The notes beneath the pieces are model-generated. The model was not told the origin of the DNA. It was given only the letters and a program-made list of their open reading frames with translations, and searched no databases. Positions 1-11,800 of a DNA stretch of 64,000 nt are shown here, in pieces. Source of the DNA: the human T2T-CHM13v2.0 reference genome, Homo sapiens; the NCBI RefSeq assembly GCF_009914755.1, contig NC_060925.1. The stretch is one strand, 5' to 3'. Positions within the stretch are counted from its first letter, which is position 1. Every line of letters starts with the position of its first letter. The translations under genes and the position numbers were made by a program.

Positions 1-60
1 GGATTTATAGTATATCAATTGTAAAGATACTACAAATATTAGTTATTAAGACTACAAGTT

Positions 61-285
61 AGCTGGGCATGGTGGCTCACACCTATAATCCCAGCACTTT
101 GGGAAGCTGAGGCGGGAGGATCACTTGAGCCCAAGAGTTCGAGACCAGCTTGCGTAACCTAGTGATACCCTGTCTCTACAAAAAAATAAAAAATTAGCTG
201 GGCATGGTACCACATGCCTGTATTCCTAGCTACTCAGGAGGCTGAGGTAGGAAGATCTCAAGATCTTGTCTCAAAAAAATAAAAA
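61..285 (+). mobile_element. Alu (AluJ-like) with right-arm internal deletion
   Basis: GCTGGGCATGGTGGCTCACACCTATAATCCCAGC...; right arm jumps from GAGGCTGAGGTAGGA to GTCTCAAAAAAA. Confidence 0.9.
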
Positions 286-366
286 AATACAGAAATTATG
301 TATAGATTATGAAGGAGTATATAAAATTACAAGTATGAAATTATGTCTACACATGAACATTAACTA

Positions 367-445
367 TTAGGTTGATGTCAAAGTAATTGTGGGTTTTGCC
401 ATTACTTTTAATAGCAAAAACTGTGATTACTTTTGCGCCAACCTA
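367..445. mobile_element. MADE1 (Hsmar1 mariner MITE)
   Basis: About 80-bp palindromic element TTAGGTTGATGTCAAAGTAATTG...GATTACTTTTGCGCCAACCTA flanked by TA. Confidence 0.9.
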
Positions 446-904
446 TAAAAAACATCAAAAAATTTTTAAATAGCTGGTCATAGGTTTGTGGCTAAGTTTA
501 TACCAATTTTTTAAACATGTTGGTACACTGAGAGAAAAAATGTCTAATATTTGTATTTACAAAATCTGTACTTGCTATGAAATATACCCACGTCTCTCAG
601 TTACAAAAGAATCTGGTATGCTTCAAGTTTCTAAAAACAATTTATTTTAAATATCTTTCTAATTAGGACAACCTTGAGTTAGTAAACGAAGCACATCCAG
701 TTTGATTTTTATCATTTCCTGATAACTTGAGCTCATTCCTGGAACATCAATGGTTTTTACTATATTCCCTAGTTTAAAGATGATACCTTTCACTGCTAGG
801 GAAAATAATGGGTACCCCCGGTAGATACTAATGAGCAGAAGGGCTGCTGCAGATCAGGTCTAGGTAACGTTTTCCTTTTTGCCTTTGAGAAGTGGTGATG
901 AAGA

Positions 905-1170
905 GTGGATACAAGCACAAGCTCTGGATTCATGCCCAGATTTGACACTAGGCTCCATCATTCACTAGTATTTGCATGCCATGATGTTACATAGTAAACC
1001 AGTATTTATTTACCAGCTGTAGGATCTTGTGCAAGTTACTTAGCCTTTCTAAGCCTGAGTTGTCTCATCTACAATAGGCCAAAGATAGTGCTTACTTCAC
1101 AGGGTTGCCGTAAGGATCAAGAAAGATAATCCACTGGACAAAGCACTTGCACACGGTAAGTACTATACTA
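905..1170 (+). mobile_element. MIR SINE
   Basis: Core CAGCTGTAGGATCTTGTGCAAGTTACTTAGCCTTTCTAAGCCTGAGTTGTCTCATCT...ACTTCACAGGGTTG. Confidence 0.75.
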
Positions 1171-1348
1171 ACTAAAGGCCAATTAATATCAGTCTCTCTC
1201 TGCTGGTCATCTAAGGTGTCATCAGGCTTACATTTTACCATCACCTATAACTACTTTTACTTTCTGTCTCTAACTACTTTTCCTTCAGTCCTCTTAGGCA
1301 TCACTGAAGAACTAGGGCTCCTAAGAGTAGTTTGATAACCATCTATGA

Positions 1349-1660
1349 CGGTGCTGTCCAAAAGAAATATAATGTGATCCATAAATGCAAGCCACCTATG
1401 TAATTGTTGATTCCCTTGTAGTCACATACAAAAGTAAATCAAGACAGGTGAAATTAATTTTGACAACAGATTTATCTCAATATACACAAAATATTATGTC
1501 AACATATAATAAATAAAAAATTATGAGATATTTTACTTTTTTTTGATAACAAGTCTTCAAGGTCCCATGTGTATTTGACACTGACAGCAATATCCCAACT
1601 CAGACTAGCCACATTTCAAATGCTAAACAGCCACATGGGGCTAAAGGCTACGTTATTAGT
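1349..1660 (+). mobile_element. MER33 (hAT-Charlie non-autonomous DNA transposon)
   Basis: GCTGTCCAAAAGAAATATAATG...ACAGGTGAAATTAATTTT...CTAGCCACATTTCAAATGCT matches the recalled MER33 consensus. Confidence 0.8.
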
Positions 1661-1814
1661 TGCTGATTCTTTTCAAGATTATGACCACAGAAAAACATCT
1701 CCACTTTCGAAAACATCAAAATGCATTTATTAAACAAGCTGGTGGATAGACAAAAGGAAAGAATGAATGGAAGGAGGAAGGAACACATGTACTTGACCTA
1801 CACAGACTTCTGAG

Positions 1815-2000
1815 CCTAACGTGGTGGTTAAGAACTTGGGCTGTGGAATCAGAGAGAACGGGTTCACATGCCACTTACTCCACTTACTAGCTGTGAGAGC
1901 TGAGCAAATAACTTCTTTAATTCTCACATTTCTCAAGGATAAACTATAGATAAAAATAACATCTCCTTCATAATGTTGTTACAAGTTTAAAGGTTATAGC
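1815..2000 (+). mobile_element. MIR SINE
   Basis: GTGGTTAAGAAC...GGGTTCAC...CCACTTACTAGCTGTGA core. Confidence 0.75.
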
Positions 2001-4524
2001 AGAAAGGGGGTTTCTATACATAAAGCTCTGCTGTATAAAAGGCCAAAGATAGGAGTGGGGAAAACCGATAAAGAGAATACTGAGCAAATTAGCTTGACAT
2101 AAGTAAAGAGGCCATGGTGGAGAAAAGCTGTTCATATTATTTATATTCACAATGCCTGTTACGTGCCCAATTACACAAAACAATTTGAACAGAGGCAGCT
2201 ATTAATAAAATAATTGCAATGGCATTTCTAAAGCTCTCAGTGGCTTACAACTCCCCAGCCTGCTTGCTTGCTTGCTTCTTGGCAGTATTCTAACTAAGTA
2301 AGTGGGGGAGACAGAGGGCAGAAGGCCAGAATTTGCAGAACAAAGATTTTTCCGTACTGTATATATTAATATTAACCACATTTTCTAGCCTCCATAAGCC
2401 AAATGGATATATCTGAATTTTTCTTTGAAGGATGAGATTCTCAGTGTCTCAAATTTAAACTGAACGTTACTCTTCAATGTACTATAAAGACATTAAACTA
2501 AATGCCTACTGCTCTTTAAACTTTTCTTGAAAATTGATTTTGTGAATAATTCCTGATATTTTGCTTTGAATTTGCTCTTGTTATGTGCTACAAAACACAA
2601 AAGTCTAGCTATTTAAAAAATTAAAGTTAGTTCTGGTCTGCTAATGATGACTTTAAATGTTTAATCATTTTAACGATCCAAGCCACTACATGGTCTAAAT
2701 TAGATGTTGAGTTTCTTAAAGACCACAAACATGTCTTCTCTATCCAGGTAACTTCTAAACCAAGATTTCTCTGGTAGGTATTCCATTTACTATTAGTGCC
2801 CTTCCATATTACAGGTGTTCCATAACATAGATTTTTTTTAAAAGATTCTTACTAAAATGAATTTAGCTTTGAAACATTTTCATTTACTGCAAGACTTCTC
2901 AGAGCCTTTAATGTCAACACACACAGATTTCAAAGTACTGAGCTCAGTCACTATTATAGTTTTATCATCTACAAATGAGAAAAAAATGTAAACCAAGAAC
3001 CAAACAATAAGGAGATAGCCTAATTGCCCCATGGAAATAGGTGGTCTTTGCACTTCTGGCCTGATGTGCTGCTCACTGTGCATTCTCTTTTATCATACCC
3101 AAAAAGATATTAATGTTGAATACATATACGGTAATTAATCTATCAGAATCCTCCAAACTAATTTATTCCAAAGGAATAATTTACTATTATTTGAGCTAAT
3201 TTATTCCAAAGGAAGGAAGGGAAGAAGGAGGAGGGAGGAGTGAGAAAGGCAATAAAGAAGAGGGAGGAGGGAAGAGAGGAGGAGGGAGGAAAGCAGTTTG
3301 AATAACTACTAAATATTAGTGCATATTCACGGGCAAAGCTAAAATTCCTAAACACATTCATAAGGATGAAGGGGCACAAAGTACACACTCATACCTAACC
3401 TGGCACTCAGAAAACGTGCCTCATTTTAGGAACAACCAAACAGCTGCTCAGCAGAAGCACTGCACAAATCATCCTCCCCAGCCTTTATTTTTAGACACTT
3501 CTTAGGTAAAACAATAATTTTCTAAAGAATATAATTAAGACTGGTAGATGTCATTTCATTATTTTGGAGTTTTAATTTGTTTCACATCAGTCCCATTTTT
3601 CCCCTCATAAATCACATAATTATATAATATTCCATAAGAAATTCCTTACCTTTGAATAAAAGAATATATATGATCTTTTAAAAATGTACTGATTTAAAAA
3701 GCACAATCCACCCAGGATGTTAGTCATTATAACCCACGGATTTAAACACACAGGGAGTCTAAAAGTCAGCCCCATTTTTCAAATGATAAATTGAAGACTT
3801 GCTTATGTGTCAAAAAATGTGTACCTTCATCATTTAAAGCACATTTTACAAAATGTATAATGCAAAAGAATAGGCCTAATAGATCACAGTATTTCCTGGG
3901 CAGAAGGGAATGCTAATTGCCTCCTGGAGTCTTAAATGAAACCTAATTGCTGGCTTGAGCTGTCACCACTGACCCTAGAAACAGACTGGTGCACCCTTCA
4001 TAAACCTAATACGGCATAATCCTCCTTTATTATGGTTATTACAGCTCTTCAGTGGGACACATCTGCCACAAAAATAAACTGCAGCTTCTCCTCTAAATGG
4101 AGGTGTCACTTCTCCACCCCAGAGCAAGCAGCGCTGATGGCAGAAATCACTCTGTACAAGTGGTACCACTTCACAGCCTAGAGCTACTTCCCAACTGGGA
4201 CTCACACACGTCCACAGATACTACTACAGCAACCATGAAGCTACTCCATGGTGATGGGGGAAAAGAAAGGACGAGGAGCGTGAACAGCTATTTATTTATT
4301 TAAAAAAAAAATCCACCACCATAAAGCAAATGGGAAAAGCAGAAGAAGAGTATCTAATACAAATCATGGGTTAGAGCTAGGAAATCCATGTGTAAATCCA
4401 TTAGATTTACAAACAAAATTTCAGATATTGAACCCAAGAAATATTCCTTTCAATTTGTTTTGAAGTTTTTTTGGACACACTCTTAAAAAAATTACTTCAA
4501 TTAGAAACATTTCTCTTACATCTA

Positions 4525-5530
4525 TTACTCATCAATTCCCTAAACATTTATTGAACATGTACTCTGCATCAGATGCCATAAACCCAAGTATAAATAAATT
4601 ACAAAATATGTCTCCAAAGGTGTGAAAATAAGCAAACAGTACAGTATTATAGGAAGGCAGAGAAGATGGCAATGATAATATAACTATTATTAGGGATATT
4701 ATTATCCCTAATAATAAAAAGGGAACATCAGATAAAACCTCCAAAAAGGACATAAAAATCATATACACATTAAAGAATCAGAAAGAGATTATGTGATCAG
4801 ATGTAAAAAAGAATTGCAGTGGGGGCAGAAAGTAACAATAACAGCATAAGTCAAAGCAACAAGGTTTCAACCCTGAGAAATGTTTGGAGAAGGTTCACAG
4901 GGAGCCAAGAGATGTTTAGGGGAGAGGCCAGACAAGGCTAGGAAGTTAGGTGTGATCAAGAGCTATGCAGAGCCCTGACTGTGTTCACACCTGATCTCAC
5001 CTGCCCTTCCCTCCCACATCCCTGAGTATGAGAGATTGAGAGTTGAGGGGTTAGTTTCTTGATCTTGTCCAAATTTAGTGAAATGTGGAAGTCAACCAGG
5101 CCAATGACGGAATTAAATGTAAACTCCAAGAGGGCTTTCGCAGGCCACAGGGTTCCAGTGACTTGGGTAACAGATGTTATTCTTAGCTCATCTGTTACGT
5201 GATGGTGATTTACCTGTCCATTTCCTACCCAAAAGCCCATCAGAAAGCATTATTTAGAGAAAACCACTTTACATTGTTGTTAAACTCCTGATTGCTGCTC
5301 TTAAGAATATATACATATGTATTCATGGGAATATTTTTTCTCAATATTTGTATGATTCGCTTATTGTATTGTGCTGAGTGAGCTCCTGTGTGCTTCAGAC
5401 AAAAATAAATGAGACTTTCTGTTTACATTTTTAAAAAAGAGCTGTGCAGAGCCTTGAGTGCTCTGCTAGAGAGTGTGTACTTTAATCATAAGCAGTTTTT
5501 AAATGAAATATTTTAGAAGGGAGAATGTAA
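4525..5530 (+). mobile_element. L2 fragment, interrupted at 4975-5436 by a retrocopy
   Basis: CATTTATTGAACATGTACTCTGCATCAGATGC 3'-end motif; L2-like sequence resumes after 5453 (TGCAGAGCCTTGAGTG...GTACTTTAATC). Confidence 0.55.
4975..5436 (+). pseudogene. 5'-truncated processed pseudogene fragment (3' UTR only) of an unidentified mRNA
   Basis: 17-bp TSD AAGAGCT(A/G)TGCAGAGCC at 4958-4974 and 5437-5453; AATAAA at 5404-5409 about 25 nt before a residual A tract; body not recognisable as an interspersed repeat. Confidence 0.75.
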
Positions 5531-5654
5531 TAAACACACGTTTCCATCACTCAGCTTAGGAAACAAAACAGTATCACATGTCTGTCCTCACCTCCACCCC
5601 TGCTCACCATACCCTGTCTTTTGTGTTTATCCTTCTGGTATTTCCTTATACTTT

Positions 5655-5815
5655 TACTACATACACACACATATATATGTATGTATGTTATATGTACACA
5701 CACATATAGTATGTATGTTATATGTACACACACATATAGTATGCATGTATATATGTAGTAAAGGTATAAAGAAAATGTGTATGTGTGTGCCTGTGTATAT
5801 GTGTAAACAATATAT
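5655..5815. repeat. (TA)/(CA)/(TG) low-complexity tract with a 30-bp tandem duplication
   Basis: GTATGTATGTTATATGTACACACACATATA repeated with period 30 at about 5679-5743. Confidence 0.85.
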
Positions 5816-6099
5816 GGTGGCAAGAAAGATTTTAAGCAGGAGAGCGAAAATATCAGACATACCTTAGAAAAGACTCTAGCATAGAAGGGAGACTGGTGCC
5901 CGCACCAAGAGAGGGGACAGCATACACAAAGTGGTGCCACAACAGGTGTCTGTCATAATGACGCGGGGGGGCAGCCTCAGCCTCACAGGGCATTCTTGGG
6001 CAAGGGGAAGGCAGACCTGCATGGACAGTTACAGGCAGGGACGTGGGGGAGTGAAGCAGTGGCAGTTCCCAGGCAGCTGACAGGCCAGTGAGGGGGTGA

Positions 6100-6440
6100 G
6101 GTAGGTTAACCAGGACACAGGGCACAGTGAGGTCAATGCCAAGGCCAGAATGGCAAGAGGGCCTGACCCAGAGAGAGATTAGGGAAGGCTGCCCAGAGAA
6201 AGTGGTATTGAAGGAGGGCTTGGAGGGATGGTTTTGATAGGCAATGATGAGTGTTAGGATTTTTAGGCAAGGAAACAGCACAACATTAGGTGGAAAATGA
6301 CTGGGCCTGTTCAGGAAACACCTGCAGTTTGGCATAACCCTGAGGAATAGTGGGACATAAATCTGAAGAAATCAGACGCCCACCTGGGAATCATTTGTGG
6401 AGAACCTTAAACATCAAGCTGAAGTATATACGTAATTCAT
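6100..6440 (+). mobile_element. L2 fragment
   Basis: AGGGAAGGCTGCCCAGAGAAAGTGGTATTGAAG...GGCAAGGAAACAGCA, typical of L2. Confidence 0.55.
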
Positions 6441-7196
6441 GACAAATTCACTTTCATGACCATGAAATCTGCCTTAATCCCGTTGACTTAGGAGCTAAAA
6501 TAACGGTGAGAGCCAAGCTTGTGATTTGGGGGGGAATATCAATGATATCACTGCTGCTTATTATAGTTCCATAAGTAGAACAGGCTGTCTTGGATATGCG
6601 TGAGCTGGCAAATCTGCCTTGACATGGTGTCATAGGGTCTCTCCAACTTTCTCTCACTGTAAAAACTAGTAACTTTGAGTTTGAATAATGGGGGATTCTG
6701 CCTTTTTCTCTTTTCTATATGATACAAAAGACAATAATGCATAGGACGGAAACTAAGCATATTCTAATCGGTAAATCCAAACCTGAAAGGTTTATATCTT
6801 AACCCTGAGATGTTCCTCCTTCCTAACCCTTCAGTGATATTTATTCTCCCATGATCTACAACATTTCCTAGACTTGAAAATGAGAGGAAAAATTACCATG
6901 TTTTTTAAGTATCCAAGTATAGCAAAATATTAAGAACCATAGTATGAGTAACTTCAGAAAATAGCTTAAAAATGGAATTTGTCTCCTCAAATGAACAAAG
7001 ATAATAAGATATGTATAATACATACTGATATCTGTTTAATTTTTAAAAATTACATATAGTCATTAACAAGATGTAATTTTCCCAGAGCATAGTAATTATT
7101 TATCAAAGAATAAATAATAAATCACAAACTAGGCTGAGCTCTTATCCCTCAGGTCAGCATTTCAGAAATGCATTCATTCACTGATTCTATAACACG

Positions 7197-7476
7197 TTTT
7201 TTTTTTTTAGATGGAGTCTCGCTCTGTCTCCCAGGCTGGTGTGCAGTGGTGCCATCTCAGCTCACTGCAACCTCCGCCTCCTGGGTTCAAGTGATTCTCC
7301 TGAGTAGCTGGGACTACAGGTGCACGCCACCATGCCCAGCTAATTTTTGTACTTTTAGTAGAGACGGGGGTTATTACTATGTTGGCCAGGATGGTCTCGA
7401 TCTCTTGACCTCATTATCCCCTTGCCTCAGCCTCCCAAAATCCTGGGATTACAGGCGTGAGCCACTGCGCCCGGCC
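7197..7476 (-). mobile_element. Alu (AluS)
   Basis: Poly-T then GATGGAGTCTCGCTCTGT...GAGCCACTGCGCCCGGCC. Confidence 0.95.
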
Positions 7477-7701
7477 ACACTTTTAAAAAATAATCAACTC
7501 CAATTCATTATCTGCAAAATGGCAACATCATCGTCATCATGGCTATGGCTACCCAACCTCCACCTAAGATGAACTGAATAAGATCCCTACCAGAGAGGCT
7601 TGTAACTTAGTAGAGGAGATAGGAAGGTAAACAAGCATAATATGGTAAACTTACTAATGCTGGTAATTTCAAAGTGCTATGGGACTATAAAGAAAAGAAT
7701 G

Positions 7702-8000
7702 GGCTGGGCACAGGGGCCCACGCCTGGAATCCCAATACTTTGGGAAGCCAAAGTAGGAGGATCGCTTGAGCCCAGGAGTTCAGGACCAGCCTGGGTTTGA
7801 ACATAGGGAGACTCCATCTGTACAAAAATTTTTTAAAAATTAGCCAGGCAAGGTGGCTGGCACCTGTGGTCCCAGCTACTTGAGAGGCTGAGGTAGGAGG
7901 ATCACTTAAATCCAGGAGGTCAAGGTACAGTAAGCCATGATCACCCCACTGCACTCCAGCCTTGGTGACAGGGTAAAACCCTGTCAAAGAAAGAAGGAAA
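7702..8000 (+). mobile_element. Alu (AluJ)
   Basis: GGATCGCTTGAGCCCAGGAGTTC and CAGGAGGTCAAGG, J-type diagnostics. Confidence 0.9.
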
Positions 8001-8025
8001 AGAAAAGAACGAGAAAGAAAAGAAA

Positions 8026-8598
<573 letters not shown>

Positions 8599-8769
8599 CT
8601 AAGTGTTAGGGGCGCTAGCACAGATAGAGAGAAAGAGCAGCAGATGGGTATGAGAAGATAGGAATCCATATCATAAGGGGAAAAACAATTAAATAGTACT
8701 CAAAAAAGTAAAATCTTCAAAAATTTGTGATCAAAAACCCTTTCTGCAGCGCTGAAAAAGTAAAAATAA

Positions 8770-9119
8770 TTTTCTGCTGCTATAACAGAATATCACAGAT
8801 TAGGTAATTTATAAAGAGCAGAAGTTTATTTGGCTCACAGTTCTGGAGGCTGGAAAAGTCCAAAAGCATGGTGCTGGTATTTGGCCAGGGTCATCCTATG
8901 GTGCAAAGGTGGAAGGTAGAGGCAAGCACAGAACATGGAGAAAGGTACCAGGGGCCAGACTCCCTTTATCACAATCTACTCTTGAGATAACAAATCTGAC
9001 ATTAATCCCTTCATGAAGGCTCCTCCTAATCACCTCGTAAAGGTCCCACCTTTTAACACTGTTTACAATGGCAATCAAATTTTACCATGAGTTTTGGAGG
9101 GGACATTCAAACCACAGCA
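8770..9119 (-). mobile_element. MaLR solo LTR (MST/MLT1A-like)
   Basis: GCTGCTATAACAGAATATCACAG...TTTGGCTCACAGTTCTGGAGGCTGG...GGGGACATTCAAACCACAGCA. Confidence 0.85.
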
Positions 9120-9199
9120 ATGCTCTTGGAACAATCTCAAGAGGCCAGTAAGGATGGAGGGAAAGGAGCAAATGGAAAATACTTTTACAGACTCAAACT

Positions 9200-9530
9200 C
9201 GAAGGGACCTAATGACTGATGGGATTTGTTACTGGGGTTTGAGAAAGGGATTGAGGGTGCTAAGAATGACAGGTTGAAGAAAACTCCAAATGCCTGGCTT
9301 GAGCAGCTAACTCAATAGATAGCAATGTCACTGAGATAGGTAATTTGGAAGCAGCACATTTTGTGACAAGAAACTGGAGAGTTCAAGTTGGGACAGGTAG
9401 GATGTGGCATGTATAGCAGACACTCAGATGGATCTAAGCACCAGATAAACCCAACTGTTTGGTAGCAAGCAGAGAGGTCTGGACTGGAGACGATAGCCAA
9501 GGAGATCCAGCAACATGGAAACATCTAATT
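9200..9530 (+). mobile_element. L2 fragment
   Basis: GCCTGGCTTGAGCAGCT...GAGTTCAAGTTGGGACAGGTAG...GAGAGGTCTGGACTGGAGA. Confidence 0.6.
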
Positions 9531-9695
9531 AGTGCTTTACATGAACCTGGCTAGGGATACGAGGCCATTAACCAAGCCTCTCTGCAGCTCTAAAGCAACC
9601 AGGAATGGAATCATTCAAACTGGTGCAGTGAAAAAGTGACCACCATACCAAGCCTGAGGAACAGGGGTGGGTGAACCAAGCAAGACTTCTTAGCT

Positions 9696-9878
9696 CAGTG
9701 CTTCTCAAAATGCAGTTGGTCAGGACCAAGAGCATCACCCAGGAGCTCTTTGGAAATGGAAATTCTCAGGCCTACCTTAAACGTGCTGAATCCAGAAACC
9801 GAGGTAGGCATGGGGAACGGCAACCTTTGTTTAAGAAGCCCTGCAGGTGATGCTCACTGGAGGTTGACAATCTACTGC
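9696..9878. mobile_element. MER5A (hAT-Charlie)
   Basis: CAGTGCTTCTCAAA terminus, AGCATCACC...GAAATTCTCAGGCC...AAGCCCTGCAGGTGAT. Confidence 0.8.
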
Positions 9879-11589
9879 CTTGGCTAATGCCCCAATTACT
9901 TGAGGAATGTAGTGTGAACAAATTAACCCCCAGAGGTGAATTTCCAAAGACACAAGGAAATTAAGTAGAAATAAAGTACACATTTCATACGAAAATATGC
10001 ATTAGGAACTGTGGCTAATTTTCAACTGTGAGTAATTTTTCCCTGTGAACGCAAAACTTGTAAGGCAAAGCAGATCAAGTCAGTGGCCCACATGGTATGG
10101 CTTCCTAACTTAGGAATACAGTTCAGCACTAAAATCTCAAACAATCTAAACGTGAAGAGGATATTTTTCTACTTAGAGACGATGCTACATCACCAAAGGA
10201 TCCCTTTCTCATTTTCTCACCAGACTCCTCCCTATTGACCAACATAAAGCATTTACGGGATGGCCAGCTAGGGTTACGGCTCTCTGGATATGCAGTAGTC
10301 CTCGGGGTCAAACTAATTGACGAGGCTCAAGATGAAACTCTTGACCTGGGCCTAATTTAGCCCCTAAGGAAACTAAGCTAAATCAACTACATATCAAATT
10401 TTACATGTAAGGTTGATCTAAGAATGGCTATGAAATGTTTTTTCCAATTGCAAGGATCCTGAAGAAAATCAAACAAAAGCTTGAGGGGGGAAGAAAAGTC
10501 AAGAAACACAGAACCAACAGGAAAAAGGAAAGGAAAGTAAAACAATGTTAATATGTCATTTATAACCCAACCTAGAGCCAGAACTACCCTTATCACACAA
10601 AAAGGCACTTAGTCACTATTACCTTTTACACAGCTACTCTGTGTCCTTCATCCACAAGCATTGCATCATATCCTTTAATTCAGAATTATAAATAATTATA
10701 AGATTATTTATTTTCATAATCAGCATGCATGCAATATATGGCAAAGGCACTGCTGGTCTGGGCAAGATACATTTCCTCTCCCCTCCTATTACAAAAGTCC
10801 AGGTCAGGCCTGCATTTTCCTGGGCTCTCTCCCCGATTCCCCAAAGGGGTAGGATACCTTCATATGATCTCCAGCCCTGCACGCAATCCTGCAGAAAAGA
10901 TTTAACCAATTCTTTGCCATCCTGTTTCAAGAACACACGCTGCATACCTGCCCTTTTTTCTAACATTGTTCTAACATTGTTCATTCCTTCTAACATTCCC
11001 TTCCGCTTTGAGGTTGATACGAAGATCTATGATTTAACGTTTGTCAAATACTCTAGGCTTCTCAGATGAAAGACAACATTAAAGTTCAAATAACCAGTGG
11101 CTGGCATTACACTAGAAGTGTTGCAGTTTACTGTTTATATTTGGGCTTCAAAAAGGGAAATCAAGGCTGCAAAGATACAGCAGCTAGCTTTTGTACTCTA
11201 GTTAAAGGCAGACAGAGTTATCCTAACATTCTTTAATCAACTAGATTTCAACATTAGAAATACAAGGATCCTTATATAAAACACTGGACCATCATTACAG
11301 TAAGAAGTATACAAGGAAAAGGATCTTGTTCTCTGCCCTTCTAATCTCTCAGTGGCTTTCCCTCCTCAAACTTCTCTACTGCCTGGTCCCCCACCTCTCA
11401 ATTTCCTCTTGTAGGAGGAGCCACATGGCAGCTGCCAGCCAACATGTTTATTTTGAGCCAATAGACTGAAAAAAAAAAAAAAGTCAAAAACAAAGCTTTA
11501 TGTGTATGTTGACACACATGTGAATTCAGGCTGCTGAAAAAAATCACACACAAAGAGCACATTCATGGCCACATACAAGTCCTTGAACA

Positions 11590-11800
11590 TATAAATAGCC
11601 ATCCTTGACCTATTCTGTGTGAGGTACTGTTATACAGCATGACACTGAATTCTCCATACATATCCTGAGAGGCCAAATGTTACCAGATCCATTTTGCAGA
11701 TGAAGAAACTGAGGCTCAGAAGGGCTATGACGTCCATCCAACATCACACAGCTAAAAAATGGCAGCGCTAGAATTCCAACCTAGCTATATTTCAAACTCC
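11590..11800 (-). mobile_element. MIR SINE
   Basis: CCATTTTGCAGATGAAGAAACTGAGGCTCAGA core. Confidence 0.8.
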
